DNA from: Camelus dromedarius
Lineage: Eukaryota
Reading direction: 5' to 3'
Assembly (NCBI RefSeq): GCF_036321535.1
Contig: NC_087436.1
Location: forward strand, 36,768,001 to 36,832,000
Length of the DNA stretch: 64,000 nucleotides
Shown: positions 26,920 through 41,400 of the stretch, in pieces
Position numbering within the stretch: the stretch's first letter is position 1
Layout of the letters: every line of letters starts with the position of its first letter
Translations under genes and position numbers: made by a program
Notes under the pieces: model-generated
Databases searched by the model: none
What the model saw: the letters and a program-made list of their open reading frames with translations, nothing else
Told to the model about the DNA's origin: nothing

Positions 26920-29900
26920 AGGACTTACAGAATGATGAAGTAAGGAACTCAGAAGACCCCTTCTCCAACCAAACAATGATTTAACTGGTGACAACTATAA
27001 AAACCAATCATTCTAAGTCTCTGGAAATGGTGCCAAGGACATACAGCAAATAAACATTCACTCAAGAAACTACACTAAATCTTGGGTAAGAACAGTGAGA
27101 ACCTGGGATATATGAACCATGATCTGCTCTGTTACCCACACACCCTCAGTTCCATATTATAAAAGCACTACCACAGGCATTTGCAACCAAGAGTGAGATT
27201 CCTCTCTCCCTTGCTCCCAGTCTGGGGCTATGGTGACCACAAGGAGGTCAAGCAGCTGGTGCTTCTTCTCCTTCCCAGACCCACCATGGGAGCTCTACTC
27301 CAGGCAGGAGTAGCAGACGGGATCTGTCTTCCCAGACACAGTTTCCCCTCAAAGACAGAAACCCTAACTCAGGTAAGGCACTCTGAAAACATGAAGTCTC
27401 TGACCTATCCAGCCCTTGCTGGCTGTGGGGAAGAGGGTCCACACTGGGAGGAGCAGGCTGAGAAAACCAGGGCCTGCCCCCACCCCAGTGGTGGGTGTGA
27501 GCAATTTCCTGCCTATAGTTTTACTGCAATGCTGCAGGGGTTCTGCCTGGGGGAGAAGGCAGTCCATGAGGGCAAAGAGCTCTGCAGCTCTGCCTGAAGG
27601 AACGTTGTTGGGAGGAGAGAGGAGAACTCCATGCCTAAGGCCATTATTGAAAACTGAGATTTTGGTGGAGAACAATTAAGAAAAGGCAGTTCATCTTTGT
27701 ATAAGCAAAATAGCACAGCAGCCAGAAGTTTAATTGAAAGAGCCAGAGAAAGAGGCAGATAAGAAGAGCCTTCTTGAGATCACAGACAACTCTGGGGTCG
27801 GGAAGGTATGTGTACATCGACTGTGCTGCACCTACTTAGGAGCAATCAGAGCAAGACATGAGGCCGACTTGAAATCATTCTCCACCACGCAAGCAGGCCC
27901 GGCAACACAGGGCTGACACAGGTGTTGGGAATGTCAGACAGGGAATTTTAAATACTTATGATTAATATGTTAAGGGCTCTAATGGAAAAAGTAGGCAACA
28001 TGAAGCAACATTATATTACAATATGGATACTACAAGCAGAGAGATAGGAACTCTAAGAAAAAAAATTTTTTAAGTTCTAGAAACCCAAAACACTAACAGA
28101 AATGAAAAATGCCTTTGATGGACCCATCAGTAAAGTGGAAGTAGTCACGGAAAGAATCAGTGAGCCTGAAGATGTGTAAATAGAACCTTCTCAAACTGAA
28201 ATGCAAAGAGAGAAAGGAAAGAAACAAATAGGACAAAACATCAAAGAGTTAAAAAAAAAAAACCCCAAAAATGGTTAAGGTATAAGATAGATGTATTTGC
28301 AATATAAAAAAAAAAGAAAATGGAGCAGAAGAAATATTTGAAATAATGATGGCTAAGAATTTCCCACAATTAATAACAGACACCGAAACACAGACCCAGG
28401 GAGTTCAGACAACACCAACAAGCAGGATAAATACCAAAAACAAATAAACACACACACACAGGCATATCATATTCAAACTACAGAAAACTTAAAGTAAAGA
28501 GAAGACCTAGGAAAAAGTCAGAGAAAAAAACACTTTATCTTTAAATGGAAAAAGTATAAGAATTACAACAGACTTCTTATCAGAAACCATGTAAACAAAA
28601 AAAGAGTGGACTGAAATATTTTAAATGTTTAAAGGAAAAAGCCCCCGACCTAGAATTATATATACAGGGAAAATTAAACTTCAAAAGTGAAAGAAAAAGA
28701 CTCTTGCAGACAAACAAAAACAAGGAACTCATTGCTGGCAGAGCTACTCTACAAATAATATTAAAAGAAGTTCTTCAGGGGAAAGGAAAATTATGTAGAC
28801 CAAAACCTTGGATTTACATAAAGAAAAGAAGAGCACTGAAGAAGGAATAAATTAAGGTAAATTTAAGCATTATATTTTTTTATTCTTAATTGATCTAAAA
28901 GATACCTTGTTTAAAGCAACAATAGGAACTGTGTGTTCAGTAATATAGCATATGCATAAATAAGTGAAAAATGACAGTAATGTCATAAAAGTAGGATGAG
29001 AAATCAGAAATACTTTTATAAAATACTTGCACTATGTGTGAAGTGATGTAGTATTAGTTGAAGGTGGACTTAGAATAGTTTAAAATGTATATTAGAAACT
29101 CTGGGGAAACCACTCATATTTTAAAGTATAATTGATATGATAGGAGAGGAGATCAAATGGAAGTATATGAAGTGCTTAATTAAAACCAAAGAAAGCAGAA
29201 AAAGAAGGGGGTAAATAAAGAACAAATTCAATTAATATAAAAAAGTTACTAAAATGATGGTTATTAGTCCAACTATAGCAATAATCACTTTAAACGTGAA
29301 TGGTCTTAACACACCAGTGAAAATACAGAAAAGAAATGCAGCGTCAGAGTAGATTTAAAAAAAAAAAAAAGGACCCAACTTCTTGTTTATAAGAAATTCA
29401 CTTTAAATATGAACACTTGGAATCATTAAAAGTAAAGAGATGAGGAAAGACATCCTACACTAACACAAATCAAGAGAAAGCTGGAGCAGGTACATTAAGT
29501 TCAGGCAAGGCAGATTTCAGAATGAGGAAAATTATCAGGGATTAAAGGGACATTAGAGTGATAAAGGGGTCAATTCTCCAGAAGACATAACAATCTTAAA
29601 TCTGTATAAACCCCTGAAAACAGTAGGAGAATAAATTGAGATAAAACTCAAAGAACTCAAGGGAGACTTCAAGAACTCTCTTTCATTACTTGATATACCA
29701 AGCAGGCAGAAAATCAGTACAGATACAATTAACCAAACAGCATGACAAATAAACTTGATCATATTGATATTTATAGAATTTTCTATCCAACAACAGGAGA
29801 ATACACATTCTTCTCAAGCTCACATGGAATATTCACCAAGATAGATCCAATCCTGGGCAGAAATCATACAATGTGTGCTCTCAAACCATACTAGAAGTAA

Positions 29901-30495
29901 ACTAGAAATCAGTAAGATAGCTGGAAAATTTTTCCAACCCCATTTGAAAATTAAGCAACACACTTCCAAATAACACATGGGTCAAAAAAGAAGCCCTAAG
30001 AAAAATTTTAAAATATTTTGAACTTAGTAAAAATGAAAATATAATTTATCAAATTTGTGAGATGCAATAAAAGCAGTGACTAGAAGGAATCTTATAGCAT
30101 TGAAACAATATTAGCAAAAAGGAATATCTAGACTCAATAATCTAAGCTTCCACCTTATGACATTAGAAAAAGAAGGGCAATTTAATCTGGAAGCAAGCAG
30201 AAATAGGTAAATACTAAAATTAGAACAGAACACAATAAAATTGAAACAAGAAAAACATTAGAGAAAATAACCAAAACCAAAAACTGGTTCTTTGACAAGA
30301 TCAATAAATTTCATAAACCTCGACTGAGCCAGGCTAACTAAGAAAAAAAGAGACAAGATACACTTACCAGTATCAAAAATCAAAGAGGGGTCATAACTAC
30401 TGATCCATTGTATATTAAATGGATAACAAAAAGTATTACAAACAGTTTTATGCCCAGAAATTTGATAATTTATATGAACTGGATCAAACTACCAA
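26920..30495 (+). mobile_element. Old L1M 5' half: 5'UTR, ORF1 remnant, spacer, ORF2 endonuclease remnant
   Basis: ORF1 motifs at ~27920-28800 (ggcatatcatattcaaact; acagacttcttatcagaaaccatg); EN start IITLNVNGLNTP at 29281; cacatggaatattcaccaagataga at 29821. Confidence 0.9.
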
Positions 30496-30499
30496 AGCT

Positions 30500-30760
30500 C
30501 TCATATGAAATATCTAGAATAGGCAAATTCATAGATAAAGAAAATAGATTTGTGGTTTTTATGGCTGGAGGGGGATGGGGATTCACTTCTGATGGGAATG
30601 GAGTTTCTTGTGGGGACCACAAATACGTTTTAAAATTAGAGTGTGATGATGACTGCACAACCCTGTAAGTATATCAAAAACCACTGAATCACGTATTTTG
30701 AATGGACAAATAGTACTGATTTCTTCTTAATAAAACAACTTGAAAAAACAAATTTAAAAA
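30500..30760 (+). mobile_element. L1MB-like 3'UTR end
   Basis: atatgaaatatctagaataggcaaattcatagata...aaccactgaatcacgta. Confidence 0.75.
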
Positions 30761-32469
30761 CTGGTTTCTCCTTGTCCCAGCAGATTCCTGACTATGGAAA
30801 ACTTGTTCTTCCACCCTCCCGCGCCTCAAGGCTCAGCAAACATCTCCCAGGATGGAAGAAGAAGCACCAGGTTTCTGATCATTCATAAGGGCTTGTCCCT
30901 CTCTGAACTTAGTTCATTCATACTTCTTTGTGTCTTTAAATAAAAATCTGACTCTTTAGTTTATTCGATGCATTTTCATTTTTAAGGTGATCTTCTACAT
31001 CTAACTAGGGATATACCTGTGGTAGTTATTTGCATATCATTAATAACTAAAGACAAGAAAGTACATTGGATCACCCTGGAAGGAAGTAGGGCATGAAATT
31101 AAAGGGTAGCTCAGGACTGAGCTGTACCACTCTCTAGAATTCATCACAGGGACAGAGAAAGAAGACTCAGACAAAATGGGACAAAGGGACAAAGAGGCAA
31201 AGAGGGTGAGAAGGAGACCACTTCTCAAGGAAGCCAAGAGAGGTTAATGTTTCAAAATGGGGATATGTTCCATAGACTGAAAAAATGCAATTGCAACTAA
31301 ATGATGAACTTTTTCATCTGTAACAAAATGAGGTAGGGGGAATATGAGTACAATTTATCTGTGAGAAAGTGTAAGTTATTTAGAGAATAGACATTTTGAG
31401 ACAGAAACCTTAGGAGAGAGCTTGTCTAGACAGAAAACCTATAGCATTGACTCTATTTTTGCTGAGTTAACAAATAGACAAACTAAAATTATGAATCTCC
31501 TAAATTTGACTTGAGTTTTCTATCATTTCTCCTTAGCAGAATCAAAGTTCTGAGTAATAGCAAAGGTGAGTAACAGCAAAAGTTACACTGTTGACTTTAT
31601 TAATGGCACAGGAAATGTATATTTCAGTTAGTATTACAATGGAATTAAAAATTTTCCTCTGTCCCCATTAAGTTTAAATGTTGCCCATCTTACCATTGAA
31701 AACTTCTCAGCAATAGCTATAATTCTCAAAAGCAATTTTTATGGAACATACTAAGTAATGCCAAGGTCACAAATCAGTGTCACATTTTCATTAGAACAAA
31801 GTACAGTCATTTGTTTACTTGTTACTATACACCAAGGATGTATTCTCTAATGTACACTTTTATTGAATGCTAATCATATTTCCTCTTCCATAAACTCTCA
31901 CTTCAATAACATGTAATTGAATCATCACCCCATTCATACAGCTATCAGAAGCAGTCCATTGCCACTTTTTCCCTGAAGTATAATAGTAATTCTTACAAAA
32001 CCCAACAATTTATAACATGATTCATCTCAGTTTACATAAACTAATTGTCTCCCTAGCAGCTGACACAAATATTGGTAGATAGTAAAATCAGGTTTTATGC
32101 TTTTGGGTCCAAAAGCACTTTGAAAGCCCCTCTCTTTTGAGTTAGGAAAAGGATCAGATGTAAGAAGAATCCAAATGAAAGAAAACCTTTAAAAGTATGT
32201 GAATATGGAGGTTATGCAAGACTTTATATCATTTTAGTTTCTTTAAAGGGCATGTTTAATACTGAGGGAAAAAAAAGCTAGAATGGAGATCCTAAGCAGA
32301 GTAGAATTGGAGATTAGAATTGGGTGTGGGATTTCCCATGGAAGGAGACAGACACCTACACACACAATGGCTTTAAAGTGTCTTCACTTTACAAACATGA
32401 ATTTACTATAAAAATTAGTTTCCTTTTGAAAGCAGTGGTCTTGGTTTTTCACAACATATAAATATTATA

Positions 32470-32923
32470 ATATATCTACATTAAACAATTCCAACTAGAA
32501 ATACAGAAAATAGGACACCATTAACAAGACCATTAACAGAACGAGGCATTAAAGACTGCATAAACCTTTGTGAACAAAATTTTAAAGGATATAAAAGATC
32601 TGAGTGAGTGAAGAGATAGCTATGCTCATGTTTTCATTTAGCATAGTATGAATTATATTTAATATATAAATTCAATGCAATTCCCCCTGCTCCACAATAA
32701 ACACGGCTGACAGTATGAGGAACTCACCAAACTCATTATAAATTTTATATTGATGAAAAGAATACCCAAAATGCCCAAGTCAATTTCAATAAACAAGAGG
32801 AAAGAGCAGGCACATGTCTTACTAGGTATTGACTAAATCAAAGCCTTATTAGTAAAAACAAAGCAATACTGGAACAGGAACAAATAAATAGGCCAGTGAA
32901 ACAGAATAGATTGTGTGTGTGTG

Positions 32924-32959
<36 letters not shown>

Positions 32960-33910
32960 TAAACTAACATATGAAATTCACACCCCAAAACAATGGAGAA
33001 ATGAAAGTGCCTATTTTCAGGAGTGTTGGGATAGGTAGTTCATTATATCAAGAAATAACTGTATTTCTACCTTATCTATACAAATAGGTAGACTCTAGGT
33101 AAACAATAGAGCTTATGGAAGAAAATATAGGAGGATGTATTTATGATATTTGGCTGGGAACAGGCTTTCTAAACAAGACCCTGAAGGCAAACAATAAGTT
33201 GAAAAACGGATGCTGACTACATCGAAATTAAAGAAAACATTAACAATTTCTGTTCAGGGTAAGACACCACAGGTAACTTCAGTAGACAAGTGCCTAAGAA
33301 AAGATATTTGCGATATTTGAAAATCAACTAGTCATCAAGATAAAAAGCAAAACAAGGGACCATAAAAACCAAGTGAAGGTATAATTTGAAGTTTGATTGT
33401 AAGGGGGAGATGGGCATAGGACATGAAGAAACACAGAAGAGGAAGCCCAATGTCCAACAAGCATAACAAAAGAATCCCGAATTTACTAGTAACCAGAGAA
33501 ATGGAAATTTTTAAAAATAAGCTGTGCTAAACTATCATGTTATTGAAAGATGAATGATACTGAGGTTTGGTGAGTAATGGTGCAAAGCTGGTGCTGGTCA
33601 TTCTGGAAACAATCTGATTGTGCTCAAAGTAATTTGGTACGTGTACAACCTGTGGCCCAGTGATCTCATTCTGGTGCATCCCAGAAAAGTCTTTTCACAA
33701 GTCCTTAATGGGGTATTACTGAAGATATTCATAGTGGCATTGCTAGTGATTGTGGGGAGCTGGAAGAATGGATATGTGAAATAGGATAGATGCATACCAT
33801 GGTTCAATACACATCAGATAGAAGTTATTCTTATGTAAAGCAAATTTATAGGTATCAAAAATAATAAAAAGAGTTAAAGAAAGAATGAGATTTATAGCAC
33901 AATGCTATAC
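32470..33910 (+). mobile_element. Old L1 (L1ME-like) ORF2/3' fragment
   Basis: Decayed ORF2 motifs (aaattcaatgcaattccc; cagtgaaacagaataga; gaagaaaatataggag). Confidence 0.7.
32912..32957. repeat. (TG)n microsatellite
   Basis: About 23 TG units with one interruption. Confidence 0.95.
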
Positions 33911-34345
33911 ACATCAAAATAGCACTGCATCTAGTACCATATATTTTACAAGGATAAATATACAAACACTTGTCCTAGTAATGTCTTTAGTTAGAATGGG
34001 GACCTAAAGTGAGAGAAGAATATAAGGATATGGACAGATACTGATAATGTGCTAAGAAATGAGGAGTAAGATTAGCTCAACTCCCTGCCCCCTAGGCATC
34101 CGAAAAATAAATAAAAACAAATACTATAAATGCACAGCAGACATAGGAGTATTTCATTCTTATGTATAAGAGTTGCATTGCTCTTCTAATAAAAGCATTT
34201 TCTGGCTGTTTTGCAAGGTCTAACAGGTCTATTAGACTAACTAAGAAAGAAAATTACTTTGTTTTAAAAAAGGAATTTGGCTTCTTAGTGCTGTCTTTGT
34301 TAATACTGTCCCAGATGACTGTTTTCAGACTCAGTTTCATAGTTT

Positions 34346-34518
34346 AAAAAAATATATATCTATATATATACTATATAGATATATAGATATATACTCTTTT
34401 TTGTGGGGGTGGATAATTAAGTTTGTCTATTTGTTTTTTAGTGGAAGTACTGAGGATTGAACCTAGGACCTCATACATGCTAGGCATGCACTCTAATACT
34501 GAGCTATACCCTTCCCCT
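34346..34518 (-). mobile_element. tRNA-Ala-derived SINE (camelid vic-1-like)
   Basis: Minus-strand head GGGGAAGGGTATAGCTCAGT...GGTTCAATCC; TSD gtt(t/c)catagttt at 34334 and 34519. Confidence 0.85.
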
Positions 34519-35699
34519 GTTCCATAGTTTTCAAAAGAGAATTGTAAGTTTCTAGCTCAAGACCTCTGCAAAACAAGTACTCTCTAGTACCATTTTTGTA
34601 GGATGGATTTTCAATTCAGTTCTTGACCTCACTGAGGCTCTTGTGTATAGGTTTCATGAACCAAAAAAGGGCTGCTTTGAACGACCTCCAGGGCCGCTGT
34701 AGCTCTAACATCTTATGACCTTGATATTCTTCCTCTGAGTTTCAGCCTCCATAGTTCTGTTCTGTGCTCCAGTGAGAAAAATCAATTTAAAAAGAATAAC
34801 TCACTTGGATGTTTTTTCTGAATGGAATCAAAACATACTTTTTAAAAAGTCAGACATCTCTAGATGGCAACAAAACATTTTGCTAAAACGGTAATTAGTA
34901 TATGTAAATGTGAGATAAAAGTGGTGATTTTTGCTCCCATCCTACAGACAACTGTTGGCAACCTTAATTACAAAATCTTTTGCTGCCTAATTGTGGTTTA
35001 TTCTTGTTGAAGAAAAAAATAAGAGTTTTATCACTCATGTTTAATACCTTCACTAGCGTAAGTTAAGATTCCATTTAGAACGAAACATTTCAAGCATGAC
35101 TGCAATAGAACCATAGGATGCAATTTGGAACCGCTTGCTTTCCAAAGCTCTGACTCGTCTTTCCTTAGAAATGGGGTGATGCAGAGGGTGAAAGGAGAGG
35201 GAGTAGAAAGAAACGTAAAAGAGGAAGAACGCGTGATGTTACAACCATTCAAACAGCACATAAAAGACGGGATCTATTTTTTCATTTCAGTGAGAAGTCC
35301 AGCATCTTTTATCATCCCAGGTATGAAGTGTAATGTATGGGGAAGTATCTGAAGACATGAGCCCACCTAAAACTTGAGGTGAAACTCCTTAAGGAGAAGG
35401 ACTGCTGAGCTAGTGGTATTTGCCACGCGTATTCCGCAGACCTGACCAACAACACTCTTTTTCTCTGCAGTGGTGGAGAAATGTTATGCACAACATTAAA
35501 GGAAAATAATTGCAATTACCAGAGCCAGTGTGTAAATATGTAAACATATTCACAAGGAAAAGCACAAAAAAATGACATGGTTGCTAATTTGAAAACAAAA
35601 TTTCATTTTCTTTAGAAAGAGTTAGTCTCCTCAGTATGGAAGACCAATAGTGGAATCCATGACTGTCCCCAGAGCAGGTAAACATAGAGGTTTACATTA

Positions 35700-35900
35700 A
35701 TTTTTTTTAATTCTTATTTTTTATTGAAGTGTAGCTGATTTATGTTAGTTTCAGGTGTATAGCAAAACGATTCAGTTATACATATACATACATACATAAA
35801 GTTTCAGTTTCTTTTCCATTATGGCTCATTACAAGAAATTAAATATAGGCCCCTGTGCTATGCAGTAGGCCCTCGTTGTTTATCTATTTTATATATAGTA
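35700..35900 (-). mobile_element. Short L1 3' end insertion
   Basis: Perfect 14-bp TSD agaggtttacatta at 35686 and 35901. Confidence 0.9.
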
Positions 35901-36829
35901 AGAGGTTTACATTATTGACTCCACCTTGATTTATTGAGATAGAAATATTAATAACAAGAAAATGTTTATGCAACAGGAATAAAGTTGTATATTTTCTTTC
36001 TGTGTCCGATTTTCTTTCCTGTCAAGAGAAAGCTCTACGTGTTTCTAAAGCTTAATTCCATAGTTATAATGGCTCAGGAAATGCTGGCTTTTCAATAATT
36101 TATCTCCAATATCCAATGCATGCACTGCTTATATTTCAGAACTTATCTTCAGGGCTTGTGGAGGAAGGACCATGATACAACTTTAAGAGAAAAGGAAAAT
36201 TCTAGAACATCTAGTGGCAATATGGTTGGAGTGATGAGTTATTTAGGAAAATCCAAGACAACTGAGGTCCCAAGATGACCTCAGGATCACACTCCTTTCC
36301 CAAGGATGTACAAAGGGTTTATGAGTATGAGTGAGTCTGTGTACCATTTCTCTGCAATTACACAAACTAGTAAGGGGAGCAGAGAATGTTGGTAGTGATG
36401 GTCACATACTACTTCATTCTGCCTTTTCCTTCCCTTTACCCTCCGTTATCCTCATCCTCTTGCCCTGCTCTGCCTGGGAAGATGGTTTAAGTTTTAGGGG
36501 GAGTCCTGTTCATATAATTTCTGTGAATCACTTTTCTTCTTCTTCTTTTTTTTTTTTTAAATCACTTTCCTTCTAGCTGCAGAAAGTTCTATTGCACCAC
36601 ACAGGCAGCATCTCCCTGTCTACCTCCGTGTTTCTCCCCTGTATCACCGGGACTGATGGAAACTTCTCCTCCATGTCAGTCATTTGTTTTTCAGCGTTGT
36701 CTCCACTGTGCACTGCTGTTCATAATTATTTTTTATCTTTTAAAATTGCTTTGTTTTTTGTACCAATAGCACAAAATCAGTTCTGCGGTGTTTGAATACA
36801 TCACACTACCATTGAAAATTTGGCACCTT

Positions 36830-38400
36830 CCCCAGCTGCTTATTTTGAAAAAAATTCCAAACCAACAGAAAAGTCAAATATGAAATTAACACTTATTTTA
36901 TCCTTCAGTCTAATTTACCCATTGTTAGCATTTTGCCACATTCCCTTTATCTCTCAGGATACTTCCTCCCCAAATGCTTCAGTCAGTATCTCTTATGAAT
37001 AAGTACATTCTGCTACATAGTCACAGTACCATCCTCATGCCAGAGAAATTTAACACCAACACAGTATTTTAATCTAATACACTGTCCAATCACTCAAGTT
37101 TCTCCAATTGTCTCCAAAATATGCCTTCCAGTTGTTTTTTTGGTTTTGATCCAGGATCTAATCAAAGATCATGTATTGCATTTCTTTACTATAGAAGAGT
37201 TTAATCATCTTTAACATAGAAGAGATACTGCACTTTTTTTTTTCTTTTAATCATTGACATTTTGGAAGGCCTGTTCTATTGTAAAATTGTCCCATAATCT
37301 GGATTGACCTGATTTGTTTCCTCATGGTTGTATTCAGATAAAACATTCTGGCAAAGGGGGGGGAAGGGGTGGATAAGGGACAGACTGGGAGTTCGAAATT
37401 TGTAGATATTGACAGGTATACATAGAATAGATAAACAAGTTTATACTGTATAGCACAGGGAAATATATACAAGATCTAGTGGTAGCTCATGGTGAAAAAG
37501 AATGTGACAATGAATATATGTATGTGCATGTATGATTGAAAAATTGTGCTCTACACTGGAAATTGACACAATATTGTAAAGTGACTATAACTCAATAAAA
37601 TAAAATTAAAAATAAAATAAAATAAAATGAAACAAAACATTCTGGCAAGAGCATAGCATAAGTGATGTTGTATTTTTCTCAGTACACCACAACAAGAGGC
37701 AAAAATATCAGCTACTCCATTACTGATGAAGCAGTTACACATCACTTGGTTATCCTGGTGTCCACCAGATCTCTCCATTATAAAATTACATCTTTTTTTT
37801 CTCTCTTTTTAATTTATAAGTAATCTGTGGCATGATATTTGAAAACTGTGTGAATATCCTATTCCCCAATAACTTTTTACCTATGAATTTTAGCATCCAC
37901 GACTGATTCCTACCTGTGTCAAGCAGTGGCTGCAAATGGTGATTTTCCTGCTTACTTTTTCTACTGCATCTATTGTCTTGTGGTTTTTGGTAGATAAAAA
38001 TATTTTCCCTTTTTCCTCTCCTCTCCCTCATATATAGAAAAGAATACTATGGACTTATGATTGTCATTTATTCAATGTGTTATAATTCATTAGCATAATT
38101 TTTCAATTTGACGTTCGATTGTCCCAAGTTTAGTCAGTGGGAGCTCCTTCAGGCTGGCTCCTGTGACCTTTTGAGCAGTCTTGCTTTTTTGGTATGAAAA
38201 AATATTCCAGGTTCACCTTCTACCTTTGCTTGGACTACCTCAGGTTTGGAGTCAACCATTTCTCCAAGGATTCCTGCTTCCTTTTTAATAGATACCAGTA
38301 TTTTAAAAACCAAGATCTGAGAATTAGATGTATTCATTGCTACTGCAGGATTATTGCTTCTAGGTCATTTCAGCGGTTAGTGACAGGAAACAGACATATC
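36830..38400 (-). mobile_element. Old L1MC-like 3' region
   Basis: Reverse L1MC 3'UTR text (gatccaggatctaatcaaagatcatgtattgca; aaaccaagatctg). Confidence 0.7.
37355..37633 (+). mobile_element. Young short L1 3' end nested in the old L1
   Basis: Perfect 15-bp TSD aaaacattctggcaa at 37340 and 37634; (TAAAA)n tail. Confidence 0.92.
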
Positions 38401-38429
38401 ATACTGATATGTCTTATATCATACTGATA

Positions 38430-41400
38430 CTGTGCTTGTCACACCAGTACTTAGGTGGGCACTCACTGGACAACACTGACTGGCCAAATCGCTTTGTCTA
38501 CTAGAGGAAGCTCTCTGGGGGGCATTAAGATGTGATATAAAACTCTTCACTTTGTGTACACTTCCAAATGTCTACCTATATGCTTCTAACCCAGACCTCC
38601 TTGTCACTGATTGTCTTGGCCAAGCCATTGTTCTTGAGGCCTCTGCCCATTGAGATAATTTTCCCTCAAAACTGTCGAGCTCTAGTGCAACTGTCTTCCA
38701 TCTCAGTTTGCATTCACACGTAGAGCTGACCCATACATAAACCAAGATCAGATTTTTTTTTCCCTCCTCCTTCATCTGAGAGATGAGAAGTGGTGGGTGT
38801 CATAAAAGTCTGGGTTACTTGAACATGCAGCTTGCTTTGTACCCTCTGGCCCTGACTGTGCTCAATAGTGCTGAATGTACCGCTTCCATCTTACAAGAGA
38901 TTGTGCTGGCCTGCTCAATCTTACGCATTCGTAAGTTCTCGTGAGAGGCAATTCCTGATGTGTGGTCACTTGGTTCCCCATGGTCAGGCATTTCACCTCT
39001 ATAAGGCCCATGTTTCAGTCCAGGTACATAACTTTCTGCTACAGATGGCATGGCCTTGCTCTAAAACTCCATGGGCCCTGCTTTGTGATTTCCTTACTGG
39101 GACTTGCTACAAACTCCACACAGCATCCTTTCCTACCATTAATATCCTCACACCATAGGTTCTGCAGATCACGTGGCCTCAGTGGTTGAACTGCTTGCAT
39201 AGCAACTTGGGTCTGCTGCAGAGCCCGTTCTTGCTCCCAGCTGTATTCAAAGCTGGCAGCCATTCATCACTCAGTGTAAGGGCCAGGGAAATCTCACCTT
39301 TAGAACACAAAGCCTCCTAGCACTTCTTTTTTCATGGAAGGAGGTACAAGCGCAATATTTTGACTTTTATTTTAGAGGGGATATTCCAACATAATCCTGA
39401 CCACTGAAATTTTAAACATTTTACAGCTATAATATGCCCCTGAAACTGCATACTGCTTATCATCCACCCTCTGGGACACGTGGGCTTCCAGCATGCTAGC
39501 CACTTCTTGTTTATGTAGTTTTATCAATATAATGCCATCAATGTAATGGATCAATGTGATGTCCTGTGGAATGTCTGTGTGGTCTAAATCTCTTCAGGCT
39601 TTATTATGATAGAGGGTAAGAGAGTTCACAGAGGTCTGGGGTAAAACTGTTCCATATGATCCTCTTTCTTGACTGGGATAGAGAAGAATACATTCACTAA
39701 ATCAATATATATGAGGCAATATTAATCTTCTCCAGTAAAGATTATTGCATCTGGCATGGTGGCTGTGATTGGGGATACTAGTTGGTTGAGCTTACAGTAG
39801 TTTATAATTATCCTCCAGCACTAGTCTTGTTTCTGCAGGGCAGACTGGTGAATTAAATGGATGGGGACCACCACTGCCACATCATTTAGAGTCTTAAAGG
39901 CAGCACTAATTTCTGCTGCCCTTGGAAGCAATACTGTGTTTTACATCTGTGATCTCAGTAGCAGGGTGGTAATTTAGAGGCTTCCACTTGGTCTTCTCTA
40001 TCCTTCTCTGCGGATCAAGAAGCCAATGTGAGGGTTAAACCAACTGCCAAGTATATCAATCTCAATTCAGGGACTGGGGAAATGACCAATGAGTGTGAAC
40101 CATTGGGACCAATGGGACTCAGAGAACGCAGTGTAAGCCTGGTCTTGACCGGGACTTCATTAACTGTCCCTAATATTTTTCCAACCCTAACAGGGGACCA
40201 TGATGATGCTTCAGCACTCCAGATTACAATGTCACCTAGACACCTTGAATACCTGGACATTTTCTTTTCCTAAGTGCCTAGTTACCCAAACAAATGGCCA
40301 CAAGTCTCTTCAGGGAAAGACTGGGGAAATCGTCACCACGTTTATTTGCCATGGTGTTACAGGGTCCTTTCTCCCAGGGACCCTGACACCTCTTAGTTTT
40401 TCATCTGAAACCTGGCTCAAGTGCAGAACCGGGCAAGTAATCATATTGCTCAGCCTTTGGTCATCTATCCTTCATTGCTTCTGCTGGTATAAGCTACATA
40501 GTTTACCCCTGGGGGTGTTTGATTCTATTAATAATCTCTAACTTCCCTTGACTTCCAACCTGACCTTGCTCGCCATTACAATAATTGCTGTCCTCTGGCT
40601 CTTAAGTGCCACCCCCTGCCTTCTATTCTTTTGGGATTCTATCATCCTCATTCCTATCAGTGAGCTAAGTTCTATAACAACCAGCAGCCCTGACCTACAA
40701 GGAGGTTCCTCCATTAAAATTTTTGTGGATGCTGGTGGCCCTCTCACCAGTTCCTTCCACAGCCTTAGTAAATGGCATGTCCTCTGGACCTCCCTGTGGA
40801 ACATAATCATTTGCCAAGACTTCTCATTATCATACTAAATCCATCCAAGCATGCTCACCTCCCCAATCTTTTTAGTCCCTTCCTCTCCTGTCTACCACAG
40901 TGACTCTGGATTTTAACTCTGCTCAGTGTGGCCCATGATGTGGGTATCAGGTGGGCAGGTTTTTCTATGGCTCTAGGAGTCATTTTAGGAGTAAGCTTAC
41001 ACCATCTCCGGGGCCTTTGAAGGCTATTAGATACTGTATCTTCGCAGAGTGTTCCCTGGTCAGTACACTCTTCCTTTGGTCAGCATGTTCAGAATCCAGT
41101 CAATACATATCCTCCCAGTTCCCAATACCTGCTAGAATGGTCTTGCAGCTCCTTTAGGGTATCATTTCTGGCCTCCCTTATCAGGCCCAGCTCATTCCCA
41201 GCTGTATTAGTTTGTGATTTAACCCTAATTATAGGCCTACAGGCCAGAAGCAGAGATGGGGGCAGATCTCGAGGGGGTGCTTGTTGCCTTGTGGGAGAGA
41301 GGCCTCTGTGATTTCTTCCAGAGTGGCTGCAGTGCTAGATTTTAATAGGGAGGAGTGGGGACATTCAACAGGCTCAGAAGGTTCAGGGGAGTCAAAATCT

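Noticed and set aside
27181..27716. ORFs of 64-138 aa near 27.2-27.7 kb
   Set aside because: They lie in the decayed 5'UTR of an old L1.
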